Origin: Bdellovibrionales bacterium
GTDB taxonomy: Bacteria; Bdellovibrionota; Bdellovibrionia; Bdellovibrionales; UBA1609
Length of the DNA: 64,000 nt
Assembly (NCBI GenBank): GCA_965219095.1
Contig: OZ244719.1
Location: 416,001 to 480,000, forward strand
Direction of reading: 5' to 3'
This document shows positions 1 to 10,746 of this stretch, piece by piece. The first letter of the stretch is position 1, and each line of letters begins with the position of its first letter. A model generated the notes under the pieces. That model worked only from the letters and a program-made list of their open reading frames with translations. It made no database searches and was not told the DNA's origin. The position numbers and the translations under genes are program-made.

Positions 1-739
1 AGGTCATTCATGTTGATGAGACCTCTATGAGGGTTAAGGGTAAAAACTACTGGATTCATACTTATAGTTCAGGAGAATTAGTCTTGCAGTTTCTCCACCT
101 TTCACGTGGAAAGGAAGCCATAAAAGATATTGGTCTCTTGGATAGATATGGAGGAGTGCTTGTGCATGATTGTTGGAGTCCTTACTTTTGTTATGATAAG
201 ATAACTCATGCTTTGTGTGTGGCTCACCTTTTGAGAGAGCTTAAATTTATAGAAGAAAGCAATGGATTCAAATGGGCTACAAATCTCAAAAAACTTCTTA
301 AAGAGACTGTGGAGTTAGTTCATAAAAAAGAGTCAAGAGTTCTGACTCAAAAAGAGTACGAAACTCTTCAGAGAAGGTATAGGAGTATTCTTACAAAAGG
401 CTTAAAAGAGCTTCCAGAATTTCCTAAGAAAAATGGCAAGAAAGGACGAATAAAGCATACACAAGCTCAAAACCTTTGGCTGCGATTTAAAAAGTATGAA
501 GCAGAAATACTGTACTTTGCTAAAAGAAAGAACGTAGATCCTACTAATAACAGAGCTGAAAGAGATCTAAGAATGACTAAAGTGAAAAAGAAAGTGTCAG
601 GGTGTTTCAGAACAGAAGAAATGGCGAAATATTTTTGTCGTATTACCAGCTATGTTAAAACAATGAGAAATAAAGGGTATTCTTCTTTAGAAGCCATCTC
701 TATGGCTTTAAATAAAAACTTACGAGAGTGAGCAGTTAC
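1..739 (+). mobile_element. IS66-family (single TnpC type) element, 3' part, cut by window edge
   Basis: ORF 27-731 is near-identical to the C-terminal half of 29044-30468 (VHDCW, LCVAHLLREL, TNNRAERDLR); ends in terminal repeat GTGAGCAGTTAC at 739. Confidence 0.9.
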
Positions 740-926
740 AAGATTTTAATGTAATACAGCAAATAAAATGAATGTTTTTGAGTTCAATCACCGGAGGTGA
801 TAGAGGTCAGTAAGGCCTCAAAGAACTCAAAAATACAAGACAGGATGTCTTACTCTTGCTTTGATTAATATGAGCTCTTTTGGGGGATTTCTACTACTTT
901 TTACCCACAGATTCCCTGGAGGAGCC
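740..926 (-). mobile_element. Truncated ISL3 left-end fragment
   Basis: Diverged copy of ~2253-2450 ending in ACCCACAGATTCCCTGGAGGAGCC; cut on the left by the IS66 and 5 bp from the next ISL3 end. Confidence 0.8.
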
Positions 927-931
927 TATTA

Positions 932-2450
932 GCCTCCTCAAAAGAATCTGTGGGTTTCCGGAGGTTCTGGCAGTTTTCCAAGGTTATGATATAAGGCGAT
1001 TTTTATAGCTTTAGAGGTTCTAAAGCCGTAAGATTTTCTCATAGTGAGTTTTACTTTGTTGTTTAAACCCTCTACAATCCCTGAGGAGAAGGTTTTTTTA
1101 GCCTTGAAGTAATTAAGAATAAGTAGCTTATGTCTTCGTATGGTTTTTGCTTCTCTTTTCATAGGTTCAATTTTTGAAAGCATGACTCGTTTCGTCCAAC
1201 TGTCTATAAATTTACCAGCCCAAGTTGGTGAAACATAGGTCCATAACTGTCGGAAGTCTTCTTTTAAAAAATAACAGCGGATACTTTTTAAATTGTACTG
1301 TATTAAATGCCTTAATTTTACTTTCTCATAAGATTTTAAATTTTCTGCATTTTTTAACAAGGGCCATCTAGCTTTTGTTAAAAGGGGTTCATACCCGTCT
1401 TCTTTCATTTTTTTGTGTTCTGAAGCTCTCACTTCGTCTAAAGCCTTATTGAGTCTTGCTACGATATGAAACCGATCTAATATATTCAAAGCTTGACTTG
1501 CCCTTTCCTTTATTACTTTTAAATAGGGCTTCCACATATCAGAACACACAAACTGTATATCTTTTGACTTCTCTCCTAGTAAATCAAAGAATTTTCTAAA
1601 ACTCTTTTCTGTTCTTTTTTCTCCTATCCATAGCAAACGAACACTTTCTTTGCTTATTTCATAGACTAAGGTGAGATACTGATGGTTCTTTTTCCATTGT
1701 ATTTCATCTACACCTATAGCTTGTATTCCCTTTAAAACCCTTTGTTTTAAACCATATTCTACGACCCATTCTACCGAAGCATAGACCTGATTCCAACTGA
1801 CCTGAAACTTACAAGAAACCTCTTTCCAAGACAGGTGACGACACCAGTCAGCTAAGTACTTCATGTAAAAAATTGTTAGGTTTTTCTTCCCATCTGCCCA
1901 AGGTAAATACTCAACTTTTACTCCACAGCAAGAACAATTAACTCTTCTTACAAAATAAACAAAAAACACCCTGTAACTTAAAATAGGAAGGGATTCAAAG
2001 TCCCGTGATGATTTACTGCTGTCATACACTGAACAGGGCTTCTTACAAACACTACAAAAAGCTTGGCCATTTTTACGAGCCTTAATAGGAACATTAATTG
2101 ACTTTCTATCTTTTGAAAAATAAATGTCTTCGTACACAAAAGACTTCCATCTTAAACAATCATTTAGTATAGTCTTCAAAAGCATCTCTTCCCTCCTTTT
2201 TTTTTTTTTGAATAACATTTTAAGGCATCTGGGAAGTAGGTGCTTCTTTTTTAAAATTTTAATGTAACACAGCAAATAAAAGCAAATAAAATGAATGTTT
2301 TTGAGTTCAATCACCGGAGGTGATAGAGGCCAGTAAGGGCCTCAAAGAACTCAAAAATACAAGATAGGATGTCTTACTCTTACTTTGATTAATATGAGCC
2401 TTTTTGGGGGATTTCTACTACTTTTCACCCACAGATTCTTTTGAGGAGGC
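932..2450 (-). mobile_element. ISL3-family insertion sequence
   Basis: Perfect 24-bp TIRs GCCTCCTCAAAAGAATCTGTGGGT / ACCCACAGATTCTTTTGAGGAGGC enclosing a transposase. Confidence 0.9.
938..2314 (-). CDS. ISL3-family transposase (true start probably downstream, near MLLKTILN)
   Basis: Zn-ribbon CxxC motifs, IGVDE, CSDMWKPY, LDRFHI, EGLNNKVK..RKSYGFR motifs. Confidence 0.9.
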   Translation of the reverse strand: MIELKNIHFICFYLLCYIKILKKKHLLPRCLKMLFKKKKRREEMLLKTILNDCLRWKSFVYEDIYFSKDRKSINVPIKARKNGQAFCSVCKKPCSVYDSSKSSRDFESLPILSYRVFFVYFVRRVNCSCCGVKVEYLPWADGKKNLTIFYMKYLADWCRHLSWKEVSCKFQVSWNQVYASVEWVVEYGLKQRVLKGIQAIGVDEIQWKKNHQYLTLVYEISKESVRLLWIGEKRTEKSFRKFFDLLGEKSKDIQFVCSDMWKPYLKVIKERASQALNILDRFHIVARLNKALDEVRASEHKKMKEDGYEPLLTKARWPLLKNAENLKSYEKVKLRHLIQYNLKSIRCYFLKEDFRQLWTYVSPTWAGKFIDSWTKRVMLSKIEPMKREAKTIRRHKLLILNYFKAKKTFSSGIVEGLNNKVKLTMRKSYGFRTSKAIKIALYHNLGKLPEPPETHRFF

Positions 2451-2582
2451 AAAAAAAGAAGTAAGCCCTAAGAACTACTTCTTTTGAATCTAGATAAATT
2501 AATGCTCATCTGCTCTCATAATTGCAAGAAGTCTTGAAACCTCATTTTCATTGGATGGAAGATGCATGTAGAAAAAGTAATT

Positions 2583-3161
2583 TTATTTCTTTTCCGTTCC
2601 TCTGAACTTTTCATAAAAACACTCAACATTATAGATATCAAGAGAAGTGAAAAAAAATTTATCATTCATTGTTGCATTTAAAAACTCACATAACTTGAAT
2701 ATTTGATTATTTTTTATCTCGTAAAGGTGATTTTTGTCTTCTGCTTGCCTTATTTTAGAAACAGGCAAGTTTAAAAAGTCTGCTAATTGCTTTCTCGTTT
2801 TATTTTCTCTCAGCCTCATTTCTTTTATTTTATAAGATATGCAAAATCTAAACATTTTATCTAATTTTTTATTCTTATAGCTTCTGGTCTTGTTTTTTTT
2901 GACTGTAACCACCTTGATGTCATTCAATTTCTCTTGCATTACGAGAAACTTCGTAGCTTTTTTTATATCAATTTTATATAATTTTATTAGACTCATAAGA
3001 GTTTTTTGCGAAAAAGAAGAAAGCCCTCTTTCTAACTTTGAAAGCATATTTACGTTAATATTACTCAAAGCCCTAACTACATCTTCTTGGCTTAAACCAT
3101 TTTTTATCCTTTTGTGTCTAAAATATCTTCCTATGTTTTTATTTTTCGGATTTATTTTCAT
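2583..3161 (-). CDS. Tandem XRE-type HTH protein
   Basis: Two HTH-like repeats (GLSQEDV..LSKLERG; KTRKQLADFLNLPVSKIRQAE); the second resembles 31039-31353. Confidence 0.65.
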   Translation of the reverse strand: MKINPKNKNIGRYFRHKRIKNGLSQEDVVRALSNINVNMLSKLERGLSSFSQKTLMSLIKLYKIDIKKATKFLVMQEKLNDIKVVTVKKNKTRSYKNKKLDKMFRFCISYKIKEMRLRENKTRKQLADFLNLPVSKIRQAEDKNHLYEIKNNQIFKLCEFLNATMNDKFFFTSLDIYNVECFYEKFRGTEKK

Positions 3162-3182
3162 ATTTTTTTCTATTCATTAATT

Positions 3183-3599
3183 TTACTTTACTTTGCTTAT
3201 TTGATCTCTGCCTTTTTTCGATAGGCTCAAATAAATTTCAGTTATACCTCTTACAATCATTTCTTCAAAAGAACAAACAATGAACTTATGATAATACATA
3301 GTACGATCTCTTTTCTCATCTTCTGTTTCTTTAGAAATTTTCGGAGCAAGAATAATAATTTGATTGTTTAGAGGATCAAGAAAAACCTCTTCTCTTTCTA
3401 TCTTAGTAGAGAACTCAATTACTATATGTTTATGAAGATCAGATAAAAGATAAATACTTTTATTTTTTTTTGTAAAGCCTTTTTTAAGAGCATTTATAAT
3501 ATTTGTTCTTACAGTTTTATAATGTTGAATATCATTAAATACTTCGTGAGGTAAATAAAACGGATAAAAGCTATAGGCTGCTTTTTTCTTCTTTCCCAT
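3183..3599 (-). CDS. Hypothetical protein
   Basis: 138-aa ORF with GGAGG RBS, co-oriented with the HTH gene. Confidence 0.55.
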   Translation of the reverse strand: MGKKKKAAYSFYPFYLPHEVFNDIQHYKTVRTNIINALKKGFTKKNKSIYLLSDLHKHIVIEFSTKIEREEVFLDPLNNQIIILAPKISKETEDEKRDRTMYYHKFIVCSFEEMIVRGITEIYLSLSKKGRDQISKVK

Positions 3600-3738
3600 A
3601 ATCCCTCCAAAATTTTAAAATTTAAAACTAAATATATATTAAAGTATATAGTTTGAAAATTTCAAACTAATATGCGTCGCATCATATGTTTGTCGAAAAT
3701 GAAGAGTGTACTCTAATTAAAATATAAAAGGAAATTTT

Positions 3739-4188
3739 ATGAGAAAAAACTCCTTATCAGATAAAGAATGGAATAAGCTTGTCTCTAATTTTTTGAAAGA
3801 GATTTTAACTTTTCACGCTAACAATCATGGGGAATTAGTAAAATTAGCTAAAACTGTAAGTAAGAGCAAAAGTACGCTGACCTACATGAAGAAAAACGGT
3901 AAAGGGCAAATAGTTACATGGGTGAGAATTTTATTCTACACTATAGGTATTAACGATCTTAAAGCACAAAAGATTTTAGAAAGCCCAAAAGCTCTATTTA
4001 AAGGAATAAAAGAACCACCAGTTATTGATATACTTGTTGAAAAGCTAAAAGAAATTTATGATGAAAAACATTTAGCCACTTTATTTCGTATGATGATAAA
4101 AAAAGGTGTTGTAGAGGAATATCATAGTTTAAACAAAAAGAAGAGAAAAAAAGGAAAAAATAAAAAAAGAAATAAGCTGAAAGCCTAG
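3739..4188 (+). CDS. Hypothetical protein, possible DNA-binding regulator
   Basis: 149-aa ORF with AAGGA RBS, divergent from 3183-3599. Confidence 0.5.
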   Translation: MRKNSLSDKEWNKLVSNFLKEILTFHANNHGELVKLAKTVSKSKSTLTYMKKNGKGQIVTWVRILFYTIGINDLKAQKILESPKALFKGIKEPPVIDILVEKLKEIYDEKHLATLFRMMIKKGVVEEYHSLNKKKRKKGKNKKRNKLKA

Positions 4189-4473
4189 TTCTTTTGATGT
4201 TATCTAAGATACACTGTGTCGCTTTTTGAGCTTGTGCAAAAGTTTTAAAGATAACTTTTTTTGATGGAGAGATATTTTTCTTGCTTGACTGACTGGTCAT
4301 CCATATGAGTATGTCAAGAAAAAATCAGTTACACAATTTAATTTACAGTGCCTAAGATATTTAATTCTAATTTTAGATCATACTCAATTTATGTTCTTGT
4401 CAATGAATTAAGCATTTGAAGCAGCATATAATTTTAGGCTACTGCTGAACTCAGGCTACAAATTACAAAAACT

Positions 4474-7400
4474 TTATTGTTCACGGACGACTATTTTATA
4501 GCCTTTAAAGTCTTTTGATCTTTGATACTCAAGCCTCTCAAAAATCTTAATCCATACTTTTTCTCTTAAATGGTCTTCTTTTTTGGCAATTTTATTGAGC
4601 CAATTCGGAGGGTTTTTTGTTAAATTTGTGATCAACTCATTATTTTCAGAAAATGATTGTATATCCATGTGAAAAATATCTTCTACAGAGTCTTTGTCTG
4701 TGTTTTTTGGTGAAAATTGAATAAGTTTCCCCACTTTTGATTTATTTAAGATTAAAGCTTCAGAACGTAGGTTTTTAAGAAAGATTCTAAAAACTGGAAT
4801 CTTGATATCACTAAAACCGTACCATCCAGCAAAGCTCCTTACCTTTTCGATTTTAGAAACAGTTTTTATATTTTTTGGTTTAAATCTTTCTGACCTGTCT
4901 AAATAGGTATAGAAAAATTCATTTGATGTAAGAATAAATATCTCATCCTCTTTAAAGGATTCTTTAGCTTTAAATAATGCAGGATCTAAATCTTTCCCAG
5001 GAATTTTTTCACAACCCTCTGAAATAGCATCAAACAGGCATTGATTTTCTGCAACACAGAGTCCTCTTCCATAGCTCTCTCCCTCTAGTATGTGATGCTG
5101 ATAATCATCTTGAAGAAAGACATCCTTATCAACAACTTGGCTAATACCCATACGTTCTATATCATTTTTAATTACACTTAGTTTACCTATGTATTCCTTT
5201 AAATAACTTTTAAATACGTTACGAACACTTGTATGTTTATGAAAGGGCTTCACTAATTCTTTCTTGAACTCCAAGACCTTGTCTTGGGAAATTATAGCCT
5301 TCCTTTTTTATCTTACTTTATTTTCCATGTACCTTTGAAAGATGCCGTCAAGCAATTTCTCGAATTTCTTGGCATTATTACTAATGTCCTCTGTGGTTAA
5401 AATAGAGTCCCAATTAGCAGGATTTTTCTGTATATCATCTAAGATTTCTTTTAAAGAGTGATGAATATCTACCAAGAGGGACAAGTCCTTTTTTGATAAG
5501 TCTAATTGAGCGTTATTTTGATTCGAATCCGATAGTAGTTGAAGCATTGTAGAAATATAAAACTTTTTCAAATTTGTAGGTGTTTCTGACAACTTGATCT
5601 GTTCTCTTTTTGTTGGATCAAATTCCCACCGACCCCATTGCCAAAAATCTGTGAAGTCGTAGCTTTTTATAGCCGCTAAAAATATAAGTGTAAAATCTTT
5701 GATGTTTCTTGGGGGAAAAATTGATTGTAGAGAATTATAACACTCCAACATTATTGTATTTGGCCTTCTTTTTAAAATTTCACTCATTATCCAGCTAGAT
5801 AAACCAAAAAACATCTCTTTTTGCCTCAAGAAAATCTCATTTTCCATACGAATTTTATCTCTCTGTCCTTCTAGTTTAGATCTTTCTTCTTTATTTAAAG
5901 AACTTTTTTTCAATGTTAATTCTATGCCTTCTTCCTGAAAAGAAAGGGAATCAAAAATATCTAGAGATGTTTCTTTGAATTTTCTAAAGCTTTCGAAATC
6001 ATTATTATCGAAAGATTTTTTAAGTAAGCTTTGAAAAATAAAAAAGAAGAAAACAACAAAGTCTTTCAAACTTTTAAAGTCTGGCTCTTTGTGCGTATCA
6101 TTCCTCCACTTAAATTCAATGTAAATTTCACAAGATTTTCTAAGAGAATCTGCTAATTTATTAACACAGGATTTTCTTAGATTTTCATCGTCTTCTTTCT
6201 TTACCGATTCATAGATAAGAGGTGTGAGAGAGATAAACTCTTGAAACAGTAGATGATCATTTTTTTTAATGGAGTTCCGCAAAATGGCTATGGGTAAATA
6301 CATAACTTTATCTATAATCTTCTGATTGTGACTTTCCGCTGCTGTTTCAATTAAAATTCTTACATCACTAGATAGCCATTGCAACTCATCCCAAGGCCCA
6401 TAAAATGAGAGTCTCTCACTTCGAGAATCTTGAGAGGAGTAATTACCACAGCTTTTTTCAATAGTTTCTAAAAAACTTTCAGCAAGCTCAATATAAAGGC
6501 TTCGAAGCTCTTGTATTTCTCTTAAGTTCTTATTGTAAATCGCATGAGTGAACTGATCTCTAACGCTAGAAATTTCATCGTACACTTCCTTAGTAAAGGT
6601 TTTAAATTCATTCTCTGGAGTAATAGTAAAAGTCTTTGTAACAAGTGATTTGATTTTATTACAGATTGTCTGCTCTTTCACAAGGTTTTTGTCAACACAG
6701 ATTAAACTTTTATCGTCTTCACTAACAATGTCATTAATTTTTTTCATTAGATAGCACTTCTCTTCTCTGAATACTACGTTTCTATGATCACTATCATTAT
6801 CAATGTCTGGCTGGGCTTCTTTTTTAAAGGGAAGCTCTTTTCTTTTTCCTTCTTTTTTTATGACGTCTGAAATTTTTATAAGAGAACTTGTATCAATTCT
6901 GGAGACTATCCCAAGTTTTTCAGAGGAGAAACAATAATAACCTTCTTTATTAATAGGGGAGAATGTTAAGCAAGTTTTTTTAAGTTCTGAAAAGAGATTT
7001 AAGGTATCTTCTCTTTCTTTGATTTCTAAATATATGTTTTTTCTTAAAAGATTTTTAAATAGTTGAGTTCTTTTCTGGAGAAACTTATGTCTAAACAAAA
7101 GCACTGAAATTGTTCTTGTTAAAGAATATATAGTTAAAAGGCCGATTATAAATATAGAAAGTATGCTAAAAACATTCACACTGCCAAAAATAAAAATGAA
7201 GAAAACAAGTATTTCAGCTGTTACAAGAGGGTACAAAAAGCTTTCTTTCAAAAGAACTCGTGCCATATCTTTAGTTCTATTGTCGCGTAAGCTTTCTGCT
7301 ATAAAAATTATTAGTGCAAAAATAATCACTCCAATTCCAGAATGAATTGCAATTAAATTTTGATAATGATTGCTTTCCTGAGATATACATAAAAAATTAA

Positions 7401-7590
7401 AGGAACATGCTAAATGATGTGCATAGTGAGAAAGAACAAAAAAGATGAGAACCATTATAAACACAAAGAAAAATGATTCCCAGGTTGGCATATAAGACTC
7501 AGAAAAAACCCTTTTAAGATATCTTATTATCTTTAAATATATGATTTTGATACGTTGTACTAATTTATGTTCAGTCATATGATGTGTCAC
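4474..7590 (-). pseudogene. Large membrane-anchored protein gene (~1040 codons) split by one in-frame TAA into ORFs 5308-7590 and 4474-5274
   Basis: Both ORFs are in the same frame and read ENKVR*KRKAIISQDKVLEFKKEL across the stop; several hydrophobic TM segments at the N-terminus. Confidence 0.6.
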
Positions 7591-7789
7591 TTTTCGATAG
7601 CCATGCTTAGTAAGGATAAGCTCACAAGAACTGATCTTTCAAGAGTAACGCTCTTTTTAACGCAAAGGTTAGGCTAATAGCATACTTTTTTAAGGGATGT
7701 CGTCAATTGATTTGATGTGACAACCTTGCCCCTAAGAAAAGGGTGCGCAAGGGTATCAAGAAAATATGAATTAACAACCAAAACTTCCC

Positions 7790-7990
7790 TACAAAAGAAA
7801 TTAGAGTTTATTTTTAATCAGAACTATCGTGATTTTCATATGCGTTCGTGTACGGAGTTTTGTCGTGATCAACTAGGTTCAATGTAGGGGAAAAGTCTTA
7901 ACATTCGGGAATAGATGGGTAGGTTAATTTATTATTTTCTTTTTGTTTTTTAGTGATTCTGCAAACTTACAAAAGTTTACAAATCAAGTT
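7790..7990 (+). repeat. Att-arm type A, ~200-bp segment preceding the pilin core
   Basis: Near-identical to 33281-33480 and to inverted 58870-59070. Confidence 0.75.
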
Positions 7991-8416
7991 ATAGGAATTC
8001 TTGCAGCAGTTGCCATTCCTGCATTCGATGGGTTTAGAAAAAAAGCACGAAGCGGTGAAGCTAAAACTAACTTAGGGGCTCTTTATACAGCAGAAAGAGC
8101 CTACTTTTATGAAGATGATAAATATTCAGACGTCCTAGCTACTATAGGATTTGAGAAACCTTCTGGAACACGCCACTACGCTATTGGTTTCACGGGTAAA
8201 GTGGGAGATAATTATTTCGGTGCTGGAACTACTGCCAAGGGTACAGTCACAGCCACACCTGCAACTTCAACAGTAGGAACAACTATGGCTGCTGCTAATT
8301 GCAAAGCAGGTACTTCTACTTTTAAAGCTTGTGCAACTGGAACTACAAATACTTCTGGCGATTGGAGTATAGAGCAGAACAAGGTCCTTGCTGAATGTTC
8401 TAGTAGAGGCTGTTAA
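7991..8416 (+). CDS. pilA: Leaderless type IVa pilin 3' cassette 1 (probably silent)
   Basis: IGILAAVAIPAF..KARSGEAKTNL pilin alpha-helix and C-terminal Cys pairs; no prepilin G|FTLIEL leader upstream. Confidence 0.85.
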   Translation: MGILAAVAIPAFDGFRKKARSGEAKTNLGALYTAERAYFYEDDKYSDVLATIGFEKPSGTRHYAIGFTGKVGDNYFGAGTTAKGTVTATPATSTVGTTMAAANCKAGTSTFKACATGTTNTSGDWSIEQNKVLAECSSRGC

Positions 8417-8455
8417 TAAATAATCATCCAATAGAACTGTTTAGTTTTGTCTTGA

Positions 8456-8490
8456 AAGAACTCCTCTTTAAAAGAGGGGTTCTTTTTTTT
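8456..8490 (+). terminator. Rho-independent terminator after cassette 1
   Basis: AAGAACTCCTCTT..AAGAGGGGTTCTT hairpin plus T-run. Confidence 0.8.
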
Positions 8491-8600
8491 GTTTTTCATC
8501 CTCAAAAACCCTTACAAATTTTAAGCCTATCGTGATTTCTTTCATAAGTTTTTCATCCCAAGTTTTCCTGCTAGAACCTTTTTGTCAAAATCTTTACAAT

Positions 8601-9803
8601 TCAACTGCTAGGATCACTTTCCCTTATCCTTAATGAGGACTCATTTAGGGTCTTTTGAGGGTGCGTAAGTGATTTTGTAAGTGATTTCGATTCGTACATG
8701 CTAGCCGTTCTTTCTGCCATATCAGAATTTATTAAAGCTACCGCTTTAGCATACCTTTGAGTCATAGCTTGATCTGTATGCCCAAGACTTGCTTGCACAG
8801 CGGAAAGACTTTTTGTCGCCATAAGTGCCATTGTGGCATAAGTATGACGGCAAATATGAGTCCCTCTCCAAGGAAGATTGCAGGCCTTAAAGGACTTATC
8901 AAAAGCCCAGCGAATGCTTGTATAAGACACCATTTCACCTTCTCTTGAATGAAAGACTAAGGGATTTTCGGGAGACTCACTTTTCATAACCCTTAACAAC
9001 TCCACAAGTCTCTCTGGAAGAACCAAAAGCCTGTTAGATGCTTTCGTTTTAGTGTCTTCACAGAGAGTTATTTTGTTACCTCCCCAATCAGCTGTCCTTA
9101 CCACACGTACAAATTTTTCTTCAAAGACAACTTCTTTCCACAAAAGCCCACAAGCTTCACTCACTCTAGCTCCTGTTAAAATCATAAACTTTGCCAGTCT
9201 ATAATAAACAGGGTTAGATATTTTCTGAAGCTTTTGAAGCCAAAGCTGTATTTCTTCTGGTCTAGCAAAGTAGTCAGGTCGTCTTAGTTTTTGAGTTGTC
9301 TCGTAGCAAATGTCTCTATGCATTTTCACTACAGGAACAACAAAGCTTGGATCAACGTAATTTCTCCACCAGTTTAGAACAGCTACAAGTCGCCTAAACT
9401 CTGTTTTAAAACTCTGTCTTTGTCTACACTTCTTAGTTTTCTTTTGAAACCAAGAAATCCAAAGGCTTATCTCCTTTGCCTTTAAGTCTAACATCTTGAC
9501 TTTATTTAAGGGGCTGTTAACTGAAAGATTTTTCAGATTCAATAAGATTTTTCTCTGGCTGGAAGCTCTCAGTTTAGGCAGATACTCTTTGATGTACTTT
9601 TCTACACAATCGCAAAAAAGCAATTCTTTAAGTTCTTTTTCTTCTATAGTTTCACCTTTTTCAAGGCGATCTTTTTCTCTATCATGCCAAATGTAAGCTT
9701 GAGTTTTGTTTTCAAAAACTTTACTCGAAAGCCTCACTCCTCTGACATACACTTGAGCTTGATAGACGTTCTTTTTTTTTCTTTTAATTTTAGTTACAGA
9801 CAT
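8601..9803 (-). CDS. int: Tyrosine recombinase / phage-type integrase
   Basis: Catalytic motifs TGARVSE, HICRH, LGH, RYA; N-terminal arm-binding-like domain. Confidence 0.95.
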   Translation of the reverse strand: MSVTKIKRKKKNVYQAQVYVRGVRLSSKVFENKTQAYIWHDREKDRLEKGETIEEKELKELLFCDCVEKYIKEYLPKLRASSQRKILLNLKNLSVNSPLNKVKMLDLKAKEISLWISWFQKKTKKCRQRQSFKTEFRRLVAVLNWWRNYVDPSFVVPVVKMHRDICYETTQKLRRPDYFARPEEIQLWLQKLQKISNPVYYRLAKFMILTGARVSEACGLLWKEVVFEEKFVRVVRTADWGGNKITLCEDTKTKASNRLLVLPERLVELLRVMKSESPENPLVFHSREGEMVSYTSIRWAFDKSFKACNLPWRGTHICRHTYATMALMATKSLSAVQASLGHTDQAMTQRYAKAVALINSDMAERTASMYESKSLTKSLTHPQKTLNESSLRIRESDPSS

Positions 9804-10072
9804 GATTTGAACTCCTTTCGTTCAATCCATTGCTGTAAGCGAGAAGACCTAAAATAAACCTTTCGGCCTATTTTTACATAAGGGATTTTCCTTAAAGAAA
9901 CCCAATTTTGTAAAGTCTTCTTAGATAAACCTAAATTTTCTGAAAGCTCCTCAATAGTTATTAAATTGTCAAAGAACAAGCCCTTTTTTTGAGGGCGAAT
10001 AGTGTTCTCTAAACTACTACTTTTCTTGATTGGTTTCAATTCTTTTTTATTCATTTTTATTTCTCCTTTCAA
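9794..10072 (-). CDS. Excisionase-like HTH protein
   Basis: LITIEELSENLGLSKKTLQNWVSLRKIPYVKIGRKVYF; overlaps the integrase start. Confidence 0.8.
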   Translation of the reverse strand: MKGEIKMNKKELKPIKKSSSLENTIRPQKKGLFFDNLITIEELSENLGLSKKTLQNWVSLRKIPYVKIGRKVYFRSSRLQQWIERKEFKSCL

Positions 10073-10119
10073 AATATAACGAGGGAGCTTAAAGCTCCCT
10101 CATTTGGTATTCTAAGCCT

Positions 10120-10392
10120 TTAAAAGGGCATTTCTTCTGTATCATTTTTCTGCTCTTTTTTTGGTATTCTTTCTATAACCACAAGCTCCCCTGAGACAGG
10201 CAAGCTTGTGAGCTTCAAAGAAAAACCGTTTTTGTTCTTTAAACCAAAGGCTACACCTATTCTTTGGTAGTCCACTTTTTCGTTTCCCTGAGAGTCTTTA
10301 TAAGCTCTGACTGAGAGTGCGTCATAAATTGTAGTTTTTAGTTTCATTTCTACTCCTTTCCTTATTGATTTACATCCTTTCTTGAGCTTCAA
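10120..10392 (-). CDS. Small putative ssDNA-binding-like protein (likely start at MKLKTTIY)
   Basis: Beta-rich RIGVAF..FSLKLTSLP core with acidic tail DTEEMPF resembling the SSB C-terminus. Confidence 0.45.
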   Translation of the reverse strand: MKLKKGCKSIRKGVEMKLKTTIYDALSVRAYKDSQGNEKVDYQRIGVAFGLKNKNGFSLKLTSLPVSGELVVIERIPKKEQKNDTEEMPF

Positions 10393-10507
10393 GAGAGGAC
10401 AGTGCGGAGAGCTTATAAAAGTTCGTCCGCAGATTTAACAAACAGAAAATTTTTTTAAGACTAGCTTTAAAAAAATTTTCTTTCCTTTCCTTTTCCACCA
10501 ACCTACT

Positions 10508-10740
10508 ACCCAACCCAACCACTCACACCACACATCACACACCACATCTACCAGAGAGATTAGAAAGTGAGTTAGGGTGGTCAAATCTTAAATCCAATGA
10601 AAACAAGACCTTATCAAAGGGCCTTATTACGCCCATTCTTACGACTTGTTGAAAGGATTTAAGATTTGACCACCCTAACTCACTTTCGTCACCACAGGCA
10701 CACAGTAGTGATGGGTTATAAAAGAGTGGTTGGGTTGGGT
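10508..10740. other. Nested perfect inverted repeats (candidate oriT/sso or structured RNA)
   Basis: 33-bp perfect IR 10563-10595/10655-10687 inside 17-bp perfect IR 10508-10524/10724-10740. Confidence 0.7.
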
Positions 10741-10746
10741 GTCTTC

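Noticed and set aside
4319..4345. AAAAAATCAGTTAC.CAATTTAATTTA match to ~37567-37593 inside the IS630
   Set aside because: Short and AT-rich; may be an IS relic but cannot be supported
7943..7990. ORF-track N-termini of the pilins (MFFSDSANLQ..., MILRTYK...)
   Set aside because: Chance read-through of att-arm DNA: no RBS, no prepilin cleavage motif, different between arm types and absent for cassette 3
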